Assembly: GCA_963740355.1 (NCBI GenBank) | Contig: CAVUDW010000002.1 | Coordinates: forward strand, 64,001-128,000 | Direction: 5' to 3' | DNA length: 64,000 bases | Origin: an uncultured Gemmatimonadaceae bacterium | GTDB taxonomy: Bacteria; Gemmatimonadota; Gemmatimonadetes; Gemmatimonadales; Gemmatimonadaceae | Shown: positions 20,320 through 29,026 of the stretch, piece after piece | How positions within the stretch are numbered: the first letter of the stretch is position 1 | How the letters are laid out: every line of letters starts with the position of its first letter | Made by a program: the position numbers and the translations under genes | Notes under the pieces: model-generated | The model's database searches: none | The model's input: only the letters and a program-made list of their open reading frames with translations | Told to the model about the DNA's origin: nothing

Positions 20320-21703
20320 GCTCTTCATGCAGGGCTGCTACCTCGCAGCGTCGGTCCTCTTCATTCTCGGCCTGCGTGGCCTGACGAAGCCGGACCAGGC
20401 GCAGCGTGGCATGCAGATGGCTGCCCTCGGCATGCTGCTGGCGATCGTCGGCACGCTCTGGCACCAGGACATCCTGACGTATCAGTGGATCATTGCGGGC
20501 CTGATCATCGGTTCGATCATCGGCTATCCGCTGGGCAAGTTCGTACCGATGACCGCGATGCCGCAGCGTATCGCGTTCAGCCACATGTTCGGCGCGCTGG
20601 CGGCGACGCTGGTGGGCGTGGCGGAGTTCTGGCACTCGTACCACGAGAACATCCCGATCGGCGGCGCGAAGATGGCAGCGCTTGGCTTTGAAGTGTTGTT
20701 CGGCAGCCTGACGGTGACCGGCAGCTTCATGGCCTTCGGCAAGCTGCAGGAGTTCATCACCGGTCGGCCGGTGACGTTCAAGGGCCAGAACTTCGTCAAC
20801 CTGCTGTTGTTCGCTGCGGCGATCGGGTGCTTCGGCTACCTGATCTACGACTCGACGAACATGACGGTGTTCTTCAGCATGATCGCGATCGCCTTCGTGA
20901 TCGGCATCACGATGGTGCTGCCGATCGGTGGCGCCGACATGCCGGTGGTGGTGTCGCTGCTGAACTCGTATGCGGGCCTCGCGGCGTCGGCGACCGGCTT
21001 TGCAATCGGCAACAACGTGCTGATCATCTGCGGTGCCCTCGATGGCGCGTCCGGCTTCATCCTCTCGATCATCATGTCGAAGGCGATGAACCGCAGCTTT
21101 GCGAACGTGCTCTTCGGCGCCTTCGGCAGTGGCGGCGGCGCGGTGAGCGCGAAGTCATCGGCAGGCCTGACGGTGCGCAGCATCTCGGCCGAAGACGCCG
21201 CAGTGCAGCTGGGGTACGCCTCGAAGGTGATCGTGGTGCCGGGGTACGGCATGGCGGTGGCACAGAGCCAGCACGCCGTGCGCGAACTGGCGGAGCTGAT
21301 CGAGAAGAAGGGCGGCGAGGTGAAGTACGCGATTCACCCGGTGGCGGGTCGCATGCCTGGCCACATGAACGTGTTGCTGGCCGAGGCGAACGTGCCCTAC
21401 GACCGCATGTACGACATGGACGAGATCAACGCCGAGTTCGCGAGTGCCGATGTGGCGCTGGTGATCGGGGCCAACGACGTGGTGAACCCGGCCGCGAAGA
21501 ACGATCCGGCGTCACCGATCTTTGGCATGCCGATCCTGAACGTGTCGGATGCGAAGCACATCATCGTGATGAAGCGAGGCATGTCTGCGGGCTTCGCCGG
21601 CATCGAGAACGAGCTGTTCTACGATGAGAAGACGAGCATGCTGTTCGGCGATGCGAAGGCCAGCCTGACGAAGCTGGTGAGCGAAGTAAAGACGTTGGAG
21701 TAG
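20312..21703 (+). CDS. pntB: NAD(P) transhydrogenase beta subunit
   Basis: IGGADMPVVVSLLNSY, VPGYGMAVAQ, HPVAGRMPGHMNV, GANDVVNP. Confidence 0.97.
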   Translation: MRELFMQGCYLAASVLFILGLRGLTKPDQAQRGMQMAALGMLLAIVGTLWHQDILTYQWIIAGLIIGSIIGYPLGKFVPMTAMPQRIAFSHMFGALAATLVGVAEFWHSYHENIPIGGAKMAALGFEVLFGSLTVTGSFMAFGKLQEFITGRPVTFKGQNFVNLLLFAAAIGCFGYLIYDSTNMTVFFSMIAIAFVIGITMVLPIGGADMPVVVSLLNSYAGLAASATGFAIGNNVLIICGALDGASGFILSIIMSKAMNRSFANVLFGAFGSGGGAVSAKSSAGLTVRSISAEDAAVQLGYASKVIVVPGYGMAVAQSQHAVRELAELIEKKGGEVKYAIHPVAGRMPGHMNVLLAEANVPYDRMYDMDEINAEFASADVALVIGANDVVNPAAKNDPASPIFGMPILNVSDAKHIIVMKRGMSAGFAGIENELFYDEKTSMLFGDAKASLTKLVSEVKTLE

Positions 21704-21901
21704 GCTGTCGCCTCTGCCGCAGCTCGCAAACGGGATTGCACAACGCCAATCTTGTGGTCGAGTTCGCTGATCGGTTTGTGGTCAGTGGAGGGTGAAAGGC
21801 CGGGTTTGGTTGTAGCCAAGTAAGTCGTTGTAAAATAAAGAGTTGCGTTGTTCGATTGTCTGGCGGTGTGGCAAGGGATACGCGACAGCAAGCAAAATTC
21901 G

Positions 21902-21943
21902 AGACCGGCACTGTCATTATTTCTGACGGTGCCGGTCTTTTTT
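21902..21943 (+). terminator. Intrinsic terminator-like hairpin upstream of the pilin operon
   Basis: agaccggcactgtca/tgacggtgccggtct stem followed by a T-run. Confidence 0.65.
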
Positions 21944-22068
21944 GCCGGTGGCACGATCCGCGATATGGAAGGGAACGCTGAGACTCGGTCGAAGTTGCCG
22001 AGTCGCCGCGACTCGAGCACCGGGCGGTGTGAGGGTCGCGACACTTTTCCGCCCACTCTCGGACCACC

Positions 22069-22560
22069 ATGCGAATTGCTCGACTCGCGGCCGTCGCCGC
22101 CATCCTCGCACCGGCGTTTGCCCACGCCCAGTCGGCCAACGTCTCGGCCACTGCCACTGTCGTCACTCCGCTGGTCGTGACCGGCGGCGCCAACCTCGCC
22201 TTCGGCAACGTGTTCCAGGGCGTGAACAAGACCGTGCCGTTCAGCGATGCCGCCAGCGGTCGCTTCAGCATCACCGGCTTCGGCGCGTCACAGGTCGCCC
22301 TGACCTTCACGCTCCCGACGAACCTCGTCAACGGCGCGAACAACCTGCCGATCGACACCTGGGACATCCGCAGCAACGCCACCAACGTGACGGCTGGCGC
22401 AAGCACACTGACCGTGACCAGCGGTACGCCGGTCAACGCCAACCTCGCCGCTGGCAACCTGTACCTGTTCGTGGGTGGTCGCGTGGTGCCTGCGGCAGCG
22501 CAGGCTGCTGGTTCGTACACCGGCAGCATCGTGCTCGCCGCTGCGTACACCGGCCTGTAA
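22069..22560 (+). CDS. Pilin-like subunit 1 (DUF4402/Csu-like)
   Basis: Signal peptide; mature N-terminus QSANVSATATVVTP; LAFG; C-terminal GSYTGSIVLAAAY. Confidence 0.8.
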   Translation: MRIARLAAVAAILAPAFAHAQSANVSATATVVTPLVVTGGANLAFGNVFQGVNKTVPFSDAASGRFSITGFGASQVALTFTLPTNLVNGANNLPIDTWDIRSNATNVTAGASTLTVTSGTPVNANLAAGNLYLFVGGRVVPAAAQAAGSYTGSIVLAAAYTGL

Positions 22561-22573
22561 GGAGCGCTGAGTC

Positions 22574-23074
22574 ATGACTGCCTCCTCCCGTTTCGCAGTT
22601 GCGGCGCTTGCGCTGATCGGCACCGCTGGAGCGGTACAGGGCCAGTCAGCCTCGATCGCTGCAACGGCCACCGTGGTCACGCCGATCACCGTCACCGGCA
22701 CTGCGCCGCTGGCGTTCGGCAATGTGTTCCAGGGTGTGAACAAGACGATCGCATTCAGCGACGCGACCAGTGGTCGCTTCTCGCTGACAGGGTACCTCGG
22801 TTCGCAGGTCGCCCTGACGTTCACGCTGCCAGTCACGCTGAGCAGCGGAGCGAACACGATGCCGATCAACACCTACGATGTGCGTGTGAACGGAACGAAC
22901 GCTGTGGCTGGCGCTTCGGCGCTGACCGTCACCAGCGGGACCCCGGTGAACTCCAACTTCGTGGCTGGCAATCTCTTCGTGTTCATCGGTGGTCGCGTGC
23001 AGCCTGCGGCAGCGCAGGCCGCTGGCACGTACACCGGTTCGATCGTCCTCTCAGCCGCCTATACCGGGCTGTGA
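22574..23074 (+). CDS. Pilin-like subunit 2 (paralog of subunit 1)
   Basis: Mature region colinear with subunit 1; manual count of 37 differences in 143 aa (about 74% identity). Confidence 0.8.
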   Translation: MTASSRFAVAALALIGTAGAVQGQSASIAATATVVTPITVTGTAPLAFGNVFQGVNKTIAFSDATSGRFSLTGYLGSQVALTFTLPVTLSSGANTMPINTYDVRVNGTNAVAGASALTVTSGTPVNSNFVAGNLFVFIGGRVQPAAAQAAGTYTGSIVLSAAYTGL

Positions 23075-23148
23075 TTCCTCGTCGTCCATGAGCACCGACG
23101 GGTGCTCGTGGATGATCCGTTGTCCGACATCGCTGACCACCCGCAACG

Positions 23149-23625
23149 ATGTATCGAATGTCTGTTGTTGCACGCGCACTGATGACCATTGGCGTTCTGT
23201 CCTTCGCGCGCGTCGCGGAAGGACAGACGCTGATCGTGCGTCCCCTCCAGAATCTCACGTTTGGCTTCCTGCTGCCTGGCGTCGCCACGACTGTGGATGC
23301 GGCGACCATCACGCAGAGCGGCCAGATCCAGATCGAGGCGTCACTCGGCACGAACTTCGAGGTGCGCTACACCTTGCCCACCGTGATGAACGGCGCGGGC
23401 ACCACGCTGCCGCTGTCGTTCGGCACGACCGCCGGCGGCGCCGCACCCACGGCAACGCCTGCGTCGATGCAGCGATTCAATCCTGCTACGGCCACGCGCT
23501 GGCAGCTGGTCACCACCACGCGCGCCACGTTTTTCCTCGGCGGCCGCGCCGCGCCGCGGGTCGGTCAACCTGTTGGCGCCTATACGGCGCCGATCGTCGT
23601 CACCATCACCAACCTCGGAGTCTGA
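23149..23625 (+). CDS. Pilin-like subunit 3 (divergent; lacks the N-terminal extension)
   Basis: Signal peptide; NLTFG, YTLP, FLGGR and GAYTAPIVVTI align with subunits 1 and 2. Confidence 0.72.
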   Translation: MYRMSVVARALMTIGVLSFARVAEGQTLIVRPLQNLTFGFLLPGVATTVDAATITQSGQIQIEASLGTNFEVRYTLPTVMNGAGTTLPLSFGTTAGGAAPTATPASMQRFNPATATRWQLVTTTRATFFLGGRAAPRVGQPVGAYTAPIVVTITNLGV

Positions 23626-24506
23626 TGCTTCCCGCCCCGTCCACCCACGAGGCGTGCGCTCTGCGCTGGCTGCGCACCTGCTGCGCCCTGCTCGCACTTG
23701 CACTCCCCGCACACGTCACGGCCCAGGCGATTCTGGTTGCGCCGCAGGGCGTGGTGCTCAGCAATCGCGATCGCACCGGCTCTGTCGAACTGTACAACCC
23801 GTCGTCGCGCGCATCGGAGGTCACGATTCGCGCAGTGTACGGTCATCCGACGACCACTGCCGAGGGTGACCTGACCCTCGCGATCGTTGAACAACCCGAT
23901 TCGAGCGAGCCGTCGGCAGCGGGCTTCGTTGACGCCTTTCCGCGGCGGCTCGTGCTGCAGCCCAACCAGCGCCAGACGGTGCGCCTGCTGGCACGGCCGC
24001 CGGTTGGCCTGGCCGACGGTGAATACTGGGCGCGACTGGTGATCTCGGCGAAGGATGCTGAGGAATCGGCGAACGCCGCGCGCGACAGCACCGTGATGAG
24101 TGTTGGCCTGACGCTCGAGGTACGCACGATCATCGCCGTGAACTACCGCAACGGCGAGCAGCGCACCGGCGTGCAGCTGGGTGCACTGACGGCGACGGCC
24201 ACTGCCGATTCGCTGGTCGTTCGCGCGCCGATGCAGCGCACCGGCACGGCGGCCTGGATCGGCATGACTACGGTGCGCCTGCTCAATGAGACCGGCGCCA
24301 TCGTCGCCAGCCAGGCGATGCAGACGGCGGTCTACCAGTCGATCGTGCCGCGGTTCGCATTCGATCGCAAGACGCTCGCGCCGGGCCAGTATCGCATCTC
24401 GATCGACATGTCGACCGATCGCCCCGACGTCACACAGAGCACGCTGCTGAAGGCGCCACCGCAGCACGGTGAGACGACAATCACCCTGCCCACCGGCGGC
24501 AGCTGA
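23625..24506 (+). CDS. Periplasmic pilus chaperone (PapD-like)
   Basis: LVAPQGVVL...VELYNPS...FPRRLVLQPNQRQTVRL...GEY; TGATG coupling to subunit 3. Confidence 0.8.
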   Translation: MLPAPSTHEACALRWLRTCCALLALALPAHVTAQAILVAPQGVVLSNRDRTGSVELYNPSSRASEVTIRAVYGHPTTTAEGDLTLAIVEQPDSSEPSAAGFVDAFPRRLVLQPNQRQTVRLLARPPVGLADGEYWARLVISAKDAEESANAARDSTVMSVGLTLEVRTIIAVNYRNGEQRTGVQLGALTATATADSLVVRAPMQRTGTAAWIGMTTVRLLNETGAIVASQAMQTAVYQSIVPRFAFDRKTLAPGQYRISIDMSTDRPDVTQSTLLKAPPQHGETTITLPTGGS

Positions 24507-24508
24507 CC

Positions 24509-27067
24509 GTGCGCTCGACCCGGCTTCGCACTGCACTGACTTCGGCGCTCATCTTCGTGATGAGTGGCGCGTCGGCGCGCGCGCAGTCGACGGCGGAACC
24601 GACGTTGATGGATGTGCGGCTGGGTCAGGCAGCGTCGCTGGCACTGCGTGCGGAGCGTGAAGGGGAGCGGGTGTGGCTGCCGGTCGCCGAACTGGCCTCT
24701 GCGTTGGAACTCGAAGTGGTGTCGCGCAGCAAGTCGCGTGTGGAACTGCGCCGCTGGCCCTCACGCGACGTGCTGGTGTTCGACTTCGACTCGATGCTGG
24801 TGCGCACGGGCGCGTCGCCGCTGCGGATCACGACCGGTGCACTTCGCATCAGCGATGGTGAACTGGCCGCCGATGTCGTCACGCTGCAATCGGCACTACG
24901 CACCGTGTTCGAGGTGAGCTGGGCCGACCTGGTGATTTCATTGCCGCTGATCGATTCCCTGCCCCTGGGTCGGCGAATCGCGCGCGAACAATCGCATGCC
25001 CGACTGCTGGCGCGTGGTGAAGGGCTGGAGCGCTCGACGATGGTGTCACCGCTCGCCCGTCCGCTCGCGGATGGCGCCGTGGTGGACTACTCGCTGAGTG
25101 TGCCGCTGACCGGTGCGCAGCGAGACCTTGGCTGGTCTACCGCCGTCGGACTGGATGTGTTGGGTGGCTCGCTGGAAGTGAGCACTGGTGCCGTCACGGG
25201 TGGCACGCGCCTGCCGACGCTGGCGTCGTGGACGGGGGTGTGGCGCGATGGACGAAAGCTGACGCAGATGCGCCTTGGTGACGGCCTTGGCGGCGGCCCA
25301 GCGCCTCGATTGGGGCGCGGCATCATGTTCACGAACTCTCCGTATGCGCGGCCAGCGTTGTTCGGACTGCAGACGCTGCGCGGTGACCTGCCGCCCGGCT
25401 GGACCATCGAGGCCTACCGCAACGGCGAACTGGTGGCGGTGGATACCGTTGGCCGCGCAAGCGGCTACCAGCTGCAGATGCCGGTGCTGTATGGTGAAAA
25501 TCCGGTGGACCTGTTGGCCGTGGGACCGTTCGGTCAGACGCGCGCGCTATCGCAGAACCTGCGCATCCTGGCCGACCTGCTGCCACGCGATCGCAGCGAA
25601 TACGGGGTCAGCTTCGCCCAATGCCGCCTGCGTCAGCAGTGCCTGGCCGCTGGCACTTTCGACCTGCGCATCGGCCTCACCGAGCGATGGACGATGCGGG
25701 TTGGCGTCGACGGCGTCGCGCGTGACTCGGTGGGATGGCGGCAGGGCCCGTACCTGTCGTTCATTGGCGCGCCATTGCCGTCGGTCGCGGTGCAGCTCGA
25801 TGCGGCGGCGATGTCGCGCACCCGCCTCGCCGTGAACCTCGAGCCGTCGCGGCAACTGCGCCTCTCACTCGAGCAGCAGTGGTTCGGTAGCGACCCACTC
25901 GATCCGCTGCTCACGGCCAGGCGCCGTGCACAGAGCAGCGTGTACGCCTACTGGCGTTCGATGGGTGTGAAGCAGACGACGGTCGAAGCGAGTGTCGACC
26001 GCAGCCTGTTCCTCGACGGTGGTGACCTGCTGCGCGGGCGACTGGGCGTCGGTACCCAGACCGCAGGGATGCGGCTGCAGCCGTACCTGCGCATCGATCA
26101 ATCGTCGCGCGGCAGCTATGCGCAGCGCGCCGCCGGCCTCGAAGCGGTGCTGCTGCCGAACGCAAATCGTGGGCGCTACATCGGCGCGGCGCTGCTGCGT
26201 GTGATCGGCGAGGTGGACGCACGTGGCCGCGCCGTGCGCGAAGCGGTGACGCTGGCGATGCCAATGCCGGGCGCATTCCGTGTCGATGCCGGCGTGGCCT
26301 TCCAGGCCGGTCAGCGGGGACCGATTGCGACACTCACGATGTCGCGTGATTTGAACGCCATCCGTAGCTACACCTCCGCGATGATGTCGCAGGGTGCGTC
26401 GAGTGCCACGCAGAGTGTGCAGGGCTCGGCCTTGCTGTCGCGTGAGTCGCGGCGGCCGCAGTTCGTGACCGGCCCGTCGCTGCAACGCACCGGAGTGACC
26501 GGTGTGGTGTTCCTCGATCGCAATGCGAATGGCATACGGGATGCGGGCGAGCCGTCGGTGCCGAATGTGCTGGTGCAGGTTGGGACGGGCTACGCACACA
26601 GCGATGCCGATGGTCGGTATCGCGTCTGGGACCTGGTGCCCTTCGTGCCGCTGCCGATCGTGATCGACTCGACGTCGCTGCCGTCGCCGCTGTGGATTCC
26701 CACGCTGACGCACGCGAACCTCGAAGCCGGCCCCAATCGCTTCGAGCCGCTCGATATTCCCCTCGTCGCCGGCGGTGTCGTGGAAGGCCGGATCGTGTGG
26801 AATCGGCCAGGGGGGACATCCCTGCCGCCGGTGCCACTGATCATCACGAACGCGCGAGGTGAGGTCGTGGCGCGGGCCGCATCGTTCAGCGATGGCGAAT
26901 ACGTGGTGTTCGGTGTGCGACCGGGGACGCTCACCGTGCGCGTGGACCCCAAGTGGCTGGTGTCGCAGGGGCTCGCTGCAGACGTCAGGACGGTGCCGCT
27001 GGCCTCGACGGATGACGGCGCCACCGCCCGTGTGCCCGTGATCACGGTGTCGCCGCTGGTGCCCTAG
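24509..27067 (+). CDS. Usher-like outer-membrane protein with C-terminal SdrD-B/CnaB-like domains
   Basis: 852 aa; PGWTIEAYRNGEL...PVLYGENPVDL..GPFGQ usher plug-like motif; GVVFLDRNANGIRDAGEP. Confidence 0.75.
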   Translation: MRSTRLRTALTSALIFVMSGASARAQSTAEPTLMDVRLGQAASLALRAEREGERVWLPVAELASALELEVVSRSKSRVELRRWPSRDVLVFDFDSMLVRTGASPLRITTGALRISDGELAADVVTLQSALRTVFEVSWADLVISLPLIDSLPLGRRIAREQSHARLLARGEGLERSTMVSPLARPLADGAVVDYSLSVPLTGAQRDLGWSTAVGLDVLGGSLEVSTGAVTGGTRLPTLASWTGVWRDGRKLTQMRLGDGLGGGPAPRLGRGIMFTNSPYARPALFGLQTLRGDLPPGWTIEAYRNGELVAVDTVGRASGYQLQMPVLYGENPVDLLAVGPFGQTRALSQNLRILADLLPRDRSEYGVSFAQCRLRQQCLAAGTFDLRIGLTERWTMRVGVDGVARDSVGWRQGPYLSFIGAPLPSVAVQLDAAAMSRTRLAVNLEPSRQLRLSLEQQWFGSDPLDPLLTARRRAQSSVYAYWRSMGVKQTTVEASVDRSLFLDGGDLLRGRLGVGTQTAGMRLQPYLRIDQSSRGSYAQRAAGLEAVLLPNANRGRYIGAALLRVIGEVDARGRAVREAVTLAMPMPGAFRVDAGVAFQAGQRGPIATLTMSRDLNAIRSYTSAMMSQGASSATQSVQGSALLSRESRRPQFVTGPSLQRTGVTGVVFLDRNANGIRDAGEPSVPNVLVQVGTGYAHSDADGRYRVWDLVPFVPLPIVIDSTSLPSPLWIPTLTHANLEAGPNRFEPLDIPLVAGGVVEGRIVWNRPGGTSLPPVPLIITNARGEVVARAASFSDGEYVVFGVRPGTLTVRVDPKWLVSQGLAADVRTVPLASTDDGATARVPVITVSPLVP

Positions 27068-27082
27068 GTCGTTCTGGCGACG

Positions 27083-27559
27083 CTAGTAGACCAGCGATCC
27101 GCGGGGCGGGGCGATGGCCGTCGACGCGGGGACCACGAACTGGGCGAATGATGGCGAGAGCAAGCGGTCACCCTGCTCGAGGCTGACGAGGAATTCCCGT
27201 ACGCTGGCGTCACCGAGCGGGAGCTGCACCGACACATTCCGGCGCGAACAGCTGGGGCTGCGCGGGATGAGAATGCGGTTGGTGCGAGCGCTACCCAAGT
27301 CGCCACGGGCATCCACTGTGACTGCGCCGCTCCCACACCCATCGATGGCCAGCGAGAGCTCGCCCGGCACGGCGGTGCGACTGACGCTGCTCACGGAGAG
27401 CGGACTGGCCACGACCGTGGCCGTGGCGACGATCGTGCTGTTCTGGGCCCGTCCCGTGGCTGGGAGCAGCACGCCGGCAAGGAAGCAGGCGGCGGCGATC
27501 GGGAATCGACGGACTCTGGACGTGACCGTCGGGAAGACGTTCGGCGTGACGCTGGTCAT
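27083..27559 (-). CDS. Secreted protein with pilin-type N-terminal extension, convergent to the usher
   Basis: Signal peptide ending TGRA, then QNSTIVATATVVASPLSV; two Cys in the mature part. Confidence 0.6.
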   Translation of the reverse strand: MTSVTPNVFPTVTSRVRRFPIAAACFLAGVLLPATGRAQNSTIVATATVVASPLSVSSVSRTAVPGELSLAIDGCGSGAVTVDARGDLGSARTNRILIPRSPSCSRRNVSVQLPLGDASVREFLVSLEQGDRLLSPSFAQFVVPASTAIAPPRGSLVY

Positions 27560-27838
27560 GACACGGAGTGTCGGCAGGCGCACCGCGGGGCACGAGACGC
27601 GCGTCGTCGCGCAGCTACCGAGCCGTCTGGTCGAGCCTGCCAGAAGAGTATCACCGGGGGCACCTTCGCAAGGAGCCCTCCGCTGGCGGGCACCATCGAC
27701 GCTGGCGCGGCGCTGATTCCGGGGCGGATCGACGCTACTTTCCGCCAGCGCTCCCGGCTCTTCTGACGCTGCGGGAGCCGATCACCGCCAGCTAACACCA
27801 AACTGGCTGGACTTACCTGAGTGAGGAGTGTCGTTCGG

Positions 27839-28618
27839 ATGCCCGGTTTTGCGAGTCTTGCACGTGAGTGGTGGATGCCTGTGCTGTTCGTGCTGGTTGC
27901 AGGTCACCTGACCAACATCTGCGTCACGTTGTTCCTGCATCGGGAGCAGACCCATCGCGGCGTGCGGTTTTCGTCGCTGGTATCGTTGCCGATGCGGGTC
28001 TGGCTGTGGATGAGCACCGCGACGGTGACCAAGGAGTGGGTCGCGTGTCACCGGAAACACCATGCGTTTGCCGATCGCGAGGGCGACCCGCATTCACCGG
28101 TGGTGGAAGGGCTGCGCAACATCGTGGTGAAGGGCGCCTTCTACTACCGAAAGGCCGTGCGTCAGCCGGGAATCCTCGAGAAGTACGGCAAGGGCACCCC
28201 TTCGGACTGGATCGAGCGGCACCTGCTGACACGCCATAGCTCGCTTGGAATCATCGTGATGCTGGCGGTGGACCTGTACCTGTTCGGCTTCTTCGTCGGT
28301 GGCATCGTCTGGGGGCTGCAGATGATCTGGATTCCCTTCTGGGCAGCGGGAATCATCAACGGTGTGGGGCACGCCGTGGGGTACCGCAATCACGAAGTGA
28401 AGGATGAGAGCCGGAACATCATCCCGATCGGCATCATGATTGCAGGCGAGGAACTGCACAACAATCATCATGCCGACCCGCATTCCGCGAAGTTTTCACA
28501 TCGCTGGTTCGAGTTCGACATCGGTTGGATGTACATCACGCTGCTGTCGTGGCTGGGTCTGGCCGAGGTGAAGTACGCGCACGGCAGTGCGACGAGCCAG
28601 GTCGTGAGCGGCGACTGA
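27839..28618 (+). CDS. Membrane fatty acid desaturase (delta-9/DesA-like)
   Basis: His boxes HREQTH, HRKHH, HNNHH; GAGGAG RBS. Confidence 0.92.
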   Translation: MPGFASLAREWWMPVLFVLVAGHLTNICVTLFLHREQTHRGVRFSSLVSLPMRVWLWMSTATVTKEWVACHRKHHAFADREGDPHSPVVEGLRNIVVKGAFYYRKAVRQPGILEKYGKGTPSDWIERHLLTRHSSLGIIVMLAVDLYLFGFFVGGIVWGLQMIWIPFWAAGIINGVGHAVGYRNHEVKDESRNIIPIGIMIAGEELHNNHHADPHSAKFSHRWFEFDIGWMYITLLSWLGLAEVKYAHGSATSQVVSGD

Positions 28619-28747
28619 CGCGTTCATGAACTTCGGCAGGTCCTGCGGGCGGGTGGTCGTGGGTTGTCCCACTGGCTGCTCGCCCGCATCATCTTTCATG
28701 GATCCCGCTGGCGCACTCGCCAGCGGTTCCTCTTTCCCGAGTGAGCC

Positions 28748-29026
28748 GTGCCCGACCTGACCTGTAGCCGCTGCGGCACCACGCGCGCTGGCTTTGAACG
28801 TCCGCCGTTTCCCGGCGCCATTGGCCAGCGTGTGCTGGCCGAGATCTGCCAGGTGTGCTGGGGTGACTGGCTGAAGCAGCAGACGATGCTGATCAACCAC
28901 TACGGCTTGAACGTGATGGATCCGCAGTCACGCCAGTTCCTGATGAAGAACATGAGTTCATTCCTGTTCAAGTCCGGGGACAGCGCCGAGATCGACACCA
29001 CCAAACAGGGGACGATCAGCCACTGA
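28748..29026 (+). CDS. yggX: Oxidative damage protection / Fe(II)-trafficking protein (YggX family)
   Basis: PPFPGAIGQRV...W..W...QTMLINHYGLN. Confidence 0.88.
   Translation: MPDLTCSRCGTTRAGFERPPFPGAIGQRVLAEICQVCWGDWLKQQTMLINHYGLNVMDPQSRQFLMKNMSSFLFKSGDSAEIDTTKQGTISH

Noticed and set aside
21949..22010. c-di-GMP-I riboswitch in the pilin leader
   Set aside because: Only loose resemblance (GGCA...GGGAACGC...GCCGAGTCGCCG); the GGCAAA and GNRA tetraloop/receptor features are absent
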